Positions 1 through 8,060 of a DNA stretch of 18,540 nucleotides are shown in pieces (the first letter of the stretch is position 1; each line of letters starts with the position of its first letter). Location of the stretch: assembly GCA_031409335.1 (NCBI GenBank), contig JANNWY010000032.1, positions 1-18,540 on the forward strand, in the 5' to 3' direction. A program made the position numbers and the translations under genes. Source of the stretch: Chthoniobacteraceae bacterium. GTDB taxonomy: Bacteria; Verrucomicrobiota; Verrucomicrobiia; Chthoniobacterales; Chthoniobacteraceae. The notes beneath the pieces are model-generated. The model did not search any database and had not been told where the DNA came from. It saw nothing but the letters and a program-made list of their open reading frames with translations.

Positions 1-52
1 GGGCGACCCGGGCTTTGAATGCGGCTTCATGCCGCTTGCGTTTGCTCTTCAT
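1..52 (-). CDS. IS3-family transposase OrfA, N-terminal 17 codons (partial)
   Basis: ATG at 52 reads MKSKRKRHEAAFKARVA, matching the R-x-x-H-x-x-x-FKA-x-VAL start of IS3 OrfA HTH proteins. It is not in the ORF track because it is cut by the window edge. Confidence 0.8.
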   Translation of the reverse strand, partial: MKSKRKRHEAAFKARVA

Positions 53-140
53 TTTCGGTGGTTTTATGCTGCGTTTTTACACGCGCTCCCACCGCCATTT
101 TATAGCTTAACCTCTGGCCCGATTTTCGGGGTCCACCTCA
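1..140 (-). mobile_element. IS3-family element, left end (runs off the window start)
   Basis: The minus strand begins TGAGGTGGACCCCGAAAATCGGGCCA at 140, matching the 5'-TG terminus and GACCCC motif typical of IS3-family IRL. An orfA-type reading frame starts 88 nt further in. Confidence 0.8.
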
Positions 141-383
141 CCTCTCGGTACCCCCGCGCTTCAACTGGCGATCAAGCAGTTGAGCCAGTCTCTGCAGGGC
201 ACCGCATTCGATCCGCGGCTCCTCCGAGCGAACGCGGGCGCACACCACCTCGTCGAGCATCCATGCAGGAACCCCACGCCTCGTGGTATCCGGCATCCGG
301 AGAAAAACGATGTCCCTGAGCCCACCGGCAGCACCACACACTTCGATGTCTTGCCAGAAGAGCGGATGATACGGGTAAAGCAC
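138..383 (-). CDS. Small accessory protein (Y4bD/Y4pK- or DUF5372-like) of a putative serine-recombinase element; 3' end may be clipped by IS3
   Basis: The motifs (HTAHIG)..LYPYHPLF..PD...VPAWMLD..C...PR....L..L..LL match, from recall, small ORFs found upstream of large serine recombinases. The stop TGA (140-138) is supplied by the IS3 terminus. Confidence 0.55.
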   Translation of the reverse strand: MLYPYHPLFWQDIEVCGAAGGLRDIVFLRMPDTTRRGVPAWMLDEVVCARVRSEEPRIECGALQRLAQLLDRQLKRGGTER

Positions 384-420
384 CCGCGAAAAACCTCCGA
401 TGTGAGCAGTGTGGAGCGTG

Positions 421-630
421 CCTCTTGGTCATCAACCACGTTCCCGTCCCGTCGAAGTAGAGCACCTTCAAGCGCGTGCGCCGCTTGTTGGTGAAGACAA
501 AGAGCGCCCCCTCCCGCAAATCCTCGCCCAGCTTTCCACTCACCAGCCCCTCCAGCCCGCTGAAGCTCTTGCGCAAATCCACCGGCTCCAGCGCCACGAA
601 CACCTTCAACCCACCCGTAAAACTCAGCAT
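421..630 (-). pseudogene. tnpB: IS66 accessory protein TnpB, 5' part, interrupted after ...WLMTKR
   Basis: It reads MLSF..VFVALEPVDLRKSFSGL..LFVFTNKRRTRLKVLYFDGTGTWLMTKR, and homology stops where LE-x-G-x-F is expected. The ATG at 630 overlaps the tnpA stop (ATGCTGA). Confidence 0.9.
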
Positions 631-1070
631 CGCGCGCGAACGGCTTGTGCGATCAACGCCACCAACTCCGCCGCCATCGGCAACTCGGCAGGCGATCCCA
701 CCGACAACTGGCACCCACCCGGCAACTCGATGACCACACCTCCTTGCGCCCTCCGCGCCTCCTCACACCCGCCCGGGCCACCCTCCACCAGCGCCTCAAA
801 CCAGCGCACCGGACCCCGACTCTCCGCCAAACCATTCCCATCCGATGCCTCGCACCCCGGCGGCTTGACCAGCGCCCGCCGCCGGCGCCGCGCCTGCACC
901 CAATTCGCAAACGTCGAATACTTGAGCCCCGCCAGCTGCGCAAACCGCTTCGCACTCGCCCCACTCCTCTCAAACTCATCCAGCAGCGCCTCCCGCCGCC
1001 CTGCCGATACCAACACACGCCCGCGGGCGTCCTGCTTGAGCGTTTCTGGTTCCCGCGTCGTAGCTGTCAT
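624..1070 (-). CDS. tnpA: IS66 accessory protein TnpA (HTH)
   Basis: It has an N-terminal HTH (EFERSGASAKRFAQLAGLKYSTFANW) and a C-terminal VIELPGG motif. It lies between the IS66 IRL and tnpB, with the typical stop/start overlap. Confidence 0.85.
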   Translation of the reverse strand: MTATTREPETLKQDARGRVLVSAGRREALLDEFERSGASAKRFAQLAGLKYSTFANWVQARRRRRALVKPPGCEASDGNGLAESRGPVRWFEALVEGGPGGCEEARRAQGGVVIELPGGCQLSVGSPAELPMAAELVALIAQAVRARC

Positions 1071-1183
1071 AGACCCCCATCCTCTGACATTTACGACCAG
1101 CCCCGATAGGGGCGCTCGCGCGGACGCTTACAGCGGGACGTTAACCCAATGGGTGAGAGTCGCCTTTGTCGGAAGTGCCTCTG

Positions 1184-1213
1184 AATCCGCGTCAATCCGT
1201 GCAATCCGCGGTT
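1184..1213. repeat. Three 9-bp-period repeats (AATCCGYG core)
   Basis: The sequence is aatccgcgtc/aatccgtgc/aatccgcggtt. It resembles the dispersed ATCCGYG REP-like repeats I recall near GxxExxY genes in PVC-group genomes. Confidence 0.5.
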
Positions 1214-1519
1214 TCCAATTCCGGATTTAAGGTAATGTGCTGGCGAGCTGTTTGCGGGGTGCGCTGGTCCACGACTTGGGGGCAGGCAGTGAATGGGGCG
1301 CTGCAAGGGATGGCGAGTGAGTCGGTGACTTTCACGCTGCCGCTGGCAGCGAGGGCAGTAGGGTATCGGAGTCTGGCGGCGGCGGAGGTGGGCGAAACGA
1401 CGGCGGTGCGTGGCAACGGGAACGGACATGGCCGTTCGGTGCTGGCGGGTGCGGCGGCGTGATTTCTGGCGCCGGTGAAGCGGGGTAGGTGGTGCGAGCC
1501 GCCTGCCGCCGAATTTCGT

Positions 1520-2977
1520 TCAACCCGTCGGCAGATTCTGTTCTTCGGTGACGTTGTAGCGGGTCTTGATGCGTTCGCGCGCGGCTTCGACGGCGGCGCG
1601 TTCGAGGACGAGCGGACGGCCTGCGCCGACAAATTTGATGACAAAATAATCCGGCTTCTCCGCGAATGCCGCGGCGACGTCTTTCAGCGACTTGATCTTC
1701 TTGTCATTGATTTCATCGACGATCTGCTCGCGGAACTCGCTGAGATAGGTGTTCAGCGGGTCGGCGAGGATGGATGTGAGGACGATGATGTCGGGGTGTT
1801 CCTCATAGATTTCCTTCGAAATGAAATACTGGAAGTAGTAGTCGATGCGCGGATTTTGGAAGTTGTAGGCACCGATCAGATTGCGCGTGAGCGGCTGGAA
1901 AAGCAGCCCGCCAAACAGCACGTAATGCGGCTGCTCGTCGTAGCGGCTCGCCTGAATGTTGTATTGCCACGCGCCGGTGAATTTCACTTCGACTTCGGCG
2001 GGTTTCCCATCGCGCAGGATCGAAAACTTCGCGGAGTCCGCGAGGAATTTTCGCTCCGCGACTTCCGCCATCGGCACGCGCTCACCCTCGAGTTCGATGA
2101 AGCCATCACTCGCCACACTGAGCCCATCGACGGCGAGGATGACATCGCCCTTTTTCAATAAACCCGCCGCGACCCCGCCGCTCAGCACGTTCGTGACGAA
2201 CACGCCGCGATCATCGTCCGCAAGCCCGAGCGCCTTGCGCATCGACTTGTTCGGCGTGGGAAAAGTGCCGATCGAGAGGTCCATGTAACGATCGTATTTC
2301 CCGTCCTTCACATCCTGCAGGAAGTGTTTGATGACGGGCGTCGGGATCATGTAGCCGACGTTTTGCGCGACATCGCCGCTGTATCCCTGAAAGGCGACGC
2401 CGACGACTTTGCCATCCTGCAAAACCGGGCCGCCGCTGTTGCCGGGATTGATCGCCGCGTCGATTTGGATGGTGAGATGCGAGTCCACGATCGAGTGCGA
2501 GTAAGTGCGAAAATCCACGCGCGACACGACGCCCTGGGTGACACTCATGCGCTCGCCGCCGATCGGGTAGCCGAACACGGACACGGTCGATTCCAGCTCC
2601 GGGATGCCGCCGATCGCGAGCGGTTTGGTGTATTTGAAAAACTCGGGATCCTCGACCTTGAGCAGCGCGAGATCGCAGTCGTGGGCGATGTGCTCGACGG
2701 TCGCGATGTATTTCTTCGGATCGTTCTCCTTCTCCAAAGTGATGAAGCGCGCATTACTGACGACATGGGCATTCGTGACCAGCCGGTCGCCTTCCACCAC
2801 CCAGCCCGTGCCCGAGCCGCCGCCGCTGGTTCCGGGCAGCCACGGGATGCGGTAGTTGGCTTCCTGCGCGGTGGTATTGATGCGGGCGACGCTCTTCCTG
2901 AGTTCGTTCGGCTGCGCAAGGGCCGAGGCGGCTGCGAGAAGGGCGGGGACGATGACTTGCCAGGTGCGATGGAGCAT
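1520..2977 (-). CDS. Secreted trypsin-like serine protease of the HtrA/Deg family with two PDZ-type domains (plant Deg2/Deg9-like)
   Basis: It has a signal peptide (..LLAAASALA|Q) and catalytic triad motifs TNAHVV, HDCDLA and QIDAAINPGNSGGP. A PDZ domain (LLKKGDVILAVDG) is followed by a second domain with YVLFGGLLFQPL, as in Deg2-type proteases. Confidence 0.93.
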   Translation of the reverse strand: MLHRTWQVIVPALLAAASALAQPNELRKSVARINTTAQEANYRIPWLPGTSGGGSGTGWVVEGDRLVTNAHVVSNARFITLEKENDPKKYIATVEHIAHDCDLALLKVEDPEFFKYTKPLAIGGIPELESTVSVFGYPIGGERMSVTQGVVSRVDFRTYSHSIVDSHLTIQIDAAINPGNSGGPVLQDGKVVGVAFQGYSGDVAQNVGYMIPTPVIKHFLQDVKDGKYDRYMDLSIGTFPTPNKSMRKALGLADDDRGVFVTNVLSGGVAAGLLKKGDVILAVDGLSVASDGFIELEGERVPMAEVAERKFLADSAKFSILRDGKPAEVEVKFTGAWQYNIQASRYDEQPHYVLFGGLLFQPLTRNLIGAYNFQNPRIDYYFQYFISKEIYEEHPDIIVLTSILADPLNTYLSEFREQIVDEINDKKIKSLKDVAAAFAEKPDYFVIKFVGAGRPLVLERAAVEAARERIKTRYNVTEEQNLPTG

Positions 2978-3076
2978 GAGGCGGGGAAGATGCGCAGCCG
3001 CCCTGCCGCTGTAAACAGGTTTGTCGGCGCGCGCCGCGGGTGCGGGATTTTTCCTGACGGGTGAAGTTTGCGCGGT

Positions 3077-6000
3077 CTATGCGCGGCGGCGGCGCAGGCC
3101 GAGCAGTGTGGCGATGCCGCCGAGGAGCAGCACAGCGCTGCCGGGCTCGGGGATGGCTCCCACCGCGAGTTCGCCGCTGCCTGCCGCGGCGAGCGATGGC
3201 GCGCCGGGAGGCGAGTTGAGGCTGGAAAGTTCATAGTATCCGCCGCTGTCGATTGTAAGACTATCCAGCACCTGGCCCACTTCATCGTCGAGCCATCCGC
3301 CGCTCAGGACGCGGATGGATAAGTAACCATTCACTCCATCGCCCACTTGAGCCTGTAGCGTGACCTTGTCGGTATCGTTGAACAAGGTTGCGTCGCCTTT
3401 GATGGTGAGCACGGTTCCAAGTTGCCCATCGGTGGAACTGACATCGCTTCCCGAAAACACGTTGCCGGCGGCGACCTTCACCCGGAAGCCGTTCGAGTCG
3501 ATCGTTCCGCCGGGGCCTTCCAGCAAGATCGCCGAATGAATGCCGTTGTTCGTGAAGCCCCGGATGAAGTCGGCCTGATCCGCGCGCGCCTGGAGCGTTC
3601 CTCCGTTGAACGTGAGGGTGGCCGCGCTGGTGCCGGAGTTGACGAAGCTCGTGTTGAGCCGGCCTCCATTCAGGTTCACCGTTCCGGTGCCGCCCTCGCC
3701 GACGATCACGCTGCTTTCCGCGGTCACGACGCCGGTCCCGCTTACTTTCAACTCGCCGGTGCCGCCGCCGATCCAGCCGACGCTGATAAAGTCGGCGGTC
3801 GCGTTGCCGCCGGAGATATCCCAAAGCCCGCTGCCGCCACCGTTTTCACCAAGGCGAATCCCGCCAGCGCCGCCGAGGGTGCTGGATGCGGTCGAGTTAA
3901 ATTGCCCGCCAGTCTGGGTGACGGTGCCGATGCCGCTGAGGCTGCCGATGATGGTGTGATTCAAGCCGCGCTTGTTGATGACGCCGCCGCTGAAATTGAG
4001 CGCGCCAGTCGCCCCATCGCGGCCCACGGCGATCCAGTTGCCCGCGTTGACGGTGCCCGCGCTCATATTGAAGGTGGCGTTCGACCCGGCTGCCTGCCCG
4101 ACCCACAGTTCGCCATCGACGGTCAGCGTGCCAGGGCCGTTTAGTTCCATGAGGTTCGCGCCGGCTGTGGTGCCGATCTCGAAATTGCCCGTGGTGCGAG
4201 TCGTGCCGCCGGATTGTCGCCATGTGCCAACGCTCGCGCCGCCAATGTTCACGGTCGCCGCGGTGATCGTGCCAGCGGTCTGATTCAGCGTGCCAGATGC
4301 TGTGGTATTACCATCCCGACCGCCTAGGGTGATGGCACCCGTCGCCGTGATCGCACCACCGGAAACCGTTGCCGCACTGGTCGCGCCGCCATTGCGGCTT
4401 GGCACTTCAAAGTTGCTCGTATTGAGAATGCCCGTGCCGCTGATCGTCGCGGTTCCGATGTTGTCGGCCCCGGTTTCAAAACCACCGTTGGCATTGTAGG
4501 TGCCGCCGCTGAGATTGAATTGTCCCGCGCTGCCCAATCCAACCGCGGTCCACGAGCTGACGTTCACCGTGCCGCTGGTCTGGTTGTAGCTGGCGCTGGT
4601 GCCGCCCTGCCCGACATTGATCCGCAGCGGGTTGACGAGTGCGCCTCCCGAGACCGTCATGGCACCGGTGCCGCTCGGGGCGATGTCCACCTGCTGAAGG
4701 CTGGTCGCTCCGCCACTGATGGCAAAGGAGCCGCCGCCGCCCTGCCCGACAAAGGTCGTGCCGCTGGCGGTGAATGTCCCGCCAGTGACGTTCACCGTAC
4801 CGATGCTGCCTGCTCCGCTGGCGATGTTGACCGGTCCTGGGATCACCGTCGTCGCGGTCCCTGCATTGGTGAACGAAGCGTTGCTTCCGGTGTCGGCAGC
4901 GACGCTAAGACTCGCCGTGCCATTCACGGTGCCTTGGTTGATGAATGGGCCGTTGACCGTGGTGGCTCCCGTATGGGTCGCGCTGCCAGTGTACGTGAGC
5001 GTTCCCGTCCCATCGGCCCTGAGCGTGCCAGTGCCGCTGATGCTATTGGCGACACTCGCGGCGTTGGCACGATTCAGGATAAGCTGTGTCCCGGCGCCGA
5101 GCGTGACCGGGCCGGAGCCCAGCGAGCCGGAGGCACCGCCGTTGCCGACATTGAGCGTGCCACTGTTCACGCTGGTGCTCCCATAGCTGTTCGCGCCCGT
5201 GAGGACGACCGTGCCCGCGTCGGTGACATTGAGGCTGCCAGTGCCAGAGACAGCGCCGGAAAGTGTGAGCGTCGAGCCCGCGACCGCGGCGGCGTTTGTG
5301 GCTGCGATGAGTGAAAGCGGCGCGGCGATCGTGTGGCTGCCCTGCACCTGGCTGATGAGCGGGGTGCCCGAGCCATTGTTGAGCGTGATGGTGTTACCCG
5401 CACCACCGCTGAGAAGGTATGGGTTGGCACCATTGTCGAAAACGATCACACCCACGGTTTTCGCACCATCCACGGTGACGGTCTTCGTGCCTGCCGTTTC
5501 CAGCGCAACGACGGGGAAGGTGGCGATCGCGCCGAAGCTGTCCGGCACGCCTGCCGTCCAATTGCCGGTCCCACTCCACAAGCCACTGCCATTGGTCTTC
5601 CATGAGGTGATGACCGTGTCGGCGATGCTCAGTTCGATGGTCGTCGCACCGGGGTTGTTGGCGATGGAATAGAGTTTCCCAACCTGGCTGTTGGCGATCG
5701 TGAAACCACTGACCAGCGTGCCGGTGAAGGCAGTGGTGTAGTCGAAAAGTGTGTAAGTCCCATTCGCGGTGAACGCCGTCGTCCCGCCGGTCTGGTAAAG
5801 GAAAAGTCCCGTGCTGGTGAGTCCGAGGCCGCTGGCATTGCCGATGGCGATGATGTCGTGGCCCCCGTTGAGCGTGGCTCCCGCTCCGAATTCAAAATCC
5901 ACATTGCTGCCCGCGTTGAGCGCGAGCGTGGGGACGGTGAGGGTGCCTGCGGCAAGGCTGAGCGCGGTGAGATGTCCGCCACTGTTCACCGCAAATGCGC

Positions 6001-7897
6001 CGGGGTAGCTGCCGCTCGCGGCGAGCACACCCGCGTTCGCATTCGTCGTGCCGGTGTAAAGATTCGTGCCGGTCAGCGAGAGCGTGCCGCCGCCGATTTT
6101 CGTCAGGCCGCCATTGGTCGCCGCGCTGCCGCCGGAGAGGGTGAGAATGCTGCCGGGCGTGCTCACATCGAAGGTCGCGCTCTTACCGGGGTTGATCGTG
6201 AAATTGCGATCCATCGCGGCGGTGCCCCCGGTGTAGCGCAGCGCGCCGCCATCAAAGACAAGGTTCGTCGCAGCGCTCGACGATGCGCCGAGGGTGCTGG
6301 CCCCGCCGCCATTTGCCACCGCGGGCACACTCAGCGTCCCCGCGGCGATAGTCGTCACGCCGCCATAAGTGCTCCCAGCGGAAGTGAGGGTGAGCGTGCC
6401 GCTGCCCAATTTGGTGATGCCGCCCGCGCCGTCGAACGAGTTGGTCGCGGTCGGCGTGTTGCCATTCGAGTCGAAGACGAGTCCGCCAGCCTGCAGCTCG
6501 CTATTGCCCGTGGTGAATGCGTTGAAAAAGTTTCCGTTGCCCGAAATCGCCCGCACGGTGCCGCCGTTGAAATTGACGTTTGCGGTGCCCGCCCCAGCAA
6601 TGAACGCGGCGGCTTGCACGACCCCGCCATTGAGCTGCACGGTGCCCGCCGAGCCCGCATTCGACGCGATCACAAATTGATCGAGCCCCGCGATGTTTCC
6701 CCCCGTGACGGTCAAGGTACCGGCGCCGCTATTCCCGATGTAGAGCCGCATGGTGCCCGTGGCCGGGGCGAACGTGCCGCCGTTGACGTTCAGCGTTCCA
6801 TTCGAGCCAGCGTTCTGGCCGACGAACGCCCAGCCTGTGTTCATCGTCACCGTCCCACTGTTGAGGTTGACCGTGCCGGTGCCGCCGAGTCCGACGAAAA
6901 GATCCTCGCTCAACGTCGCGGCGGCGTTGTCGTTGAAATGCACGAAGCCCGTGGAGCCGGCCGTATCGGCCACACTCAGCCGACGGAGTCGCGCCACCGA
7001 GTTTCCGTTCATGGTGAATGTGCCGGTGCCCACACCGCTGCGCCCGACCAGCAAGTTACCCTTGTTGGTGCTGCGATTGTTCGTATCCACGATGGCTTGA
7101 TCGTTGAGCCGGCTGCTGCCGCTCATGGTGAAAGCGCCGGTGCCGCCGGCCTGGCCGAGCGCCAGGACATTGGTGTGGTTCTGATTCCATGTGCCGCCGC
7201 TCATGTTGAAAGTGCCGCTGCCGCCGGTGTCCTGGCCGATCACGCTAAAGGCGGTCGTATTCCAAATACCGCCGGTCATATTGACGAGGCCCGTAGCCCC
7301 GCCTCTTCCGACGTAACTCTCAAAAGAATTGAGCGTGCCGCTTTCAAAATTCAGGAACCCTTGCGACCCGCTGTCCACGCCCACATAGACGCCGTTGTCA
7401 TTCGCCCCGCTCGTGAAATTCAGCGCACCACTGGTGTTGATGTTGAGCGTTCCCGTGCCCCCGCCTCTGCCGACATAAAGTCGATTTCCGTAGTTCAAAG
7501 TTCCCAAGCCCTGCGCAAAGCCGGTCACGCCTCCACCCGCGGTGTTGGTATCGGCGAGATTGTAGGTCCCCGTCCCGCCGCTGTCGCCGATGAAGGTCCA
7601 GTTCGCCGAGCCAGTGCTGTGCGTGCCGGTCCGATGGTCCACGCGCCCTGAGTTGCCCGCTCCCTGGCCGACGAGCGTGTCCACCACCGAAGTCGTGTTC
7701 GCGGAGATGATGGGAAAGCTGCCGGCACCCACATTCACGATCGCGTTCTGCCCCGTCGGATAGACGTCGCCCGACCAGTTCAGCGGATCATTCCAATCCT
7801 GGCTCGTATCCCCGACCCAGTCCGCGGCGATGCTCCGGGTGAGTGCGGTGAAGAGGGCGGCGATGCCGCTGGCAAGGATGCGATGTTGCATTTTCAT
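3077..7897 (-). CDS. Large PEP-CTERM surface protein with autotransporter-associated beta-strand repeats (about 1606 aa)
   Basis: The likely start is ATG 7897 (MKMQHRILASGIAALFTALTRSIAA, a signal peptide) rather than 7954. It contains Gly/Thr/Asn-rich repeats such as GLTKIGGGTLSLTGTNLYTGTT. The C-terminus IPEPGSAVLLLGGIATLLGLRRRRA is PEP + TM helix + Arg cluster. Confidence 0.93.
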   Translation of the reverse strand: MKMQHRILASGIAALFTALTRSIAADWVGDTSQDWNDPLNWSGDVYPTGQNAIVNVGAGSFPIISANTTSVVDTLVGQGAGNSGRVDHRTGTHSTGSANWTFIGDSGGTGTYNLADTNTAGGGVTGFAQGLGTLNYGNRLYVGRGGGTGTLNINTSGALNFTSGANDNGVYVGVDSGSQGFLNFESGTLNSFESYVGRGGATGLVNMTGGIWNTTAFSVIGQDTGGSGTFNMSGGTWNQNHTNVLALGQAGGTGAFTMSGSSRLNDQAIVDTNNRSTNKGNLLVGRSGVGTGTFTMNGNSVARLRRLSVADTAGSTGFVHFNDNAAATLSEDLFVGLGGTGTVNLNSGTVTMNTGWAFVGQNAGSNGTLNVNGGTFAPATGTMRLYIGNSGAGTLTVTGGNIAGLDQFVIASNAGSAGTVQLNGGVVQAAAFIAGAGTANVNFNGGTVRAISGNGNFFNAFTTGNSELQAGGLVFDSNGNTPTATNSFDGAGGITKLGSGTLTLTSAGSTYGGVTTIAAGTLSVPAVANGGGASTLGASSSAATNLVFDGGALRYTGGTAAMDRNFTINPGKSATFDVSTPGSILTLSGGSAATNGGLTKIGGGTLSLTGTNLYTGTTNANAGVLAASGSYPGAFAVNSGGHLTALSLAAGTLTVPTLALNAGSNVDFEFGAGATLNGGHDIIAIGNASGLGLTSTGLFLYQTGGTTAFTANGTYTLFDYTTAFTGTLVSGFTIANSQVGKLYSIANNPGATTIELSIADTVITSWKTNGSGLWSGTGNWTAGVPDSFGAIATFPVVALETAGTKTVTVDGAKTVGVIVFDNGANPYLLSGGAGNTITLNNGSGTPLISQVQGSHTIAAPLSLIAATNAAAVAGSTLTLSGAVSGTGSLNVTDAGTVVLTGANSYGSTSVNSGTLNVGNGGASGSLGSGPVTLGAGTQLILNRANAASVANSISGTGTLRADGTGTLTYTGSATHTGATTVNGPFINQGTVNGTASLSVAADTGSNASFTNAGTATTVIPGPVNIASGAGSIGTVNVTGGTFTASGTTFVGQGGGGSFAISGGATSLQQVDIAPSGTGAMTVSGGALVNPLRINVGQGGTSASYNQTSGTVNVSSWTAVGLGSAGQFNLSGGTYNANGGFETGADNIGTATISGTGILNTSNFEVPSRNGGATSAATVSGGAITATGAITLGGRDGNTTASGTLNQTAGTITAATVNIGGASVGTWRQSGGTTRTTGNFEIGTTAGANLMELNGPGTLTVDGELWVGQAAGSNATFNMSAGTVNAGNWIAVGRDGATGALNFSGGVINKRGLNHTIIGSLSGIGTVTQTGGQFNSTASSTLGGAGGIRLGENGGGSGLWDISGGNATADFISVGWIGGGTGELKVSGTGVVTAESSVIVGEGGTGTVNLNGGRLNTSFVNSGTSAATLTFNGGTLQARADQADFIRGFTNNGIHSAILLEGPGGTIDSNGFRVKVAAGNVFSGSDVSSTDGQLGTVLTIKGDATLFNDTDKVTLQAQVGDGVNGYLSIRVLSGGWLDDEVGQVLDSLTIDSGGYYELSSLNSPPGAPSLAAAGSGELAVGAIPEPGSAVLLLGGIATLLGLRRRRA

Positions 7898-7982
7898 GGG
7901 AAGGATTGGTTGGGGTCGATTGGGCAGGGGAGGCGATCCGAAACGGTTCGCCACTTCCCGAATTAAGTCCGGGATGCGCCGT

Positions 7983-8003
7983 TGCGCAATGAGTCATTGT
8001 GCA
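7983..8003. promoter_or_regulatory. 21-bp near-perfect palindrome, candidate operator
   Basis: TGCGCAATGA-G-TCATTGTGCA (9 of 10 pairs) lies about 85 bp upstream of the likely start of the large PEP-CTERM gene. Confidence 0.5.
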
Positions 8004-8060
8004 TAAATGTGCATCGCTCGTCCGATTGCTAAATCAGGCTGCTCTCCCGCTGCGCTCCAA

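Larger units (their letters stand above)
421..1131 (-). mobile_element. IS66-family element, left portion (IRL, tnpA, tnpB')
   Basis: The minus strand begins GTAAGCGTCCGCGCGAGCGCCCC at 1131, the canonical IS66 GTAAGCGTC terminus. tnpC and IRR are not in the window. Confidence 0.9.

Noticed and set aside
172..714. 180-aa ORF taken as a full-length TnpB or TnpB nuclease
   Set aside because: Only 630-421 is IS66 TnpB; the rest is read-through into tnpA and the inserted element. IS66 TnpB is unrelated to the RNA-guided IS200/IS605 TnpB.
1091..1520. Short ORFs between IS66 and the protease (one has CPRC)
   Set aside because: Several overlapping frames exist, none with a convincing motif or RBS, and some run into the repeat and the IS end.
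5858..7651. 597-aa + strand ORF (also 8847-10574, 13928-15082, 1475-2161, 2324-3064 and similar)
   Set aside because: These are antisense shadows of GC-rich minus-strand genes. They are Arg/Ala-rich with no recognisable motifs.
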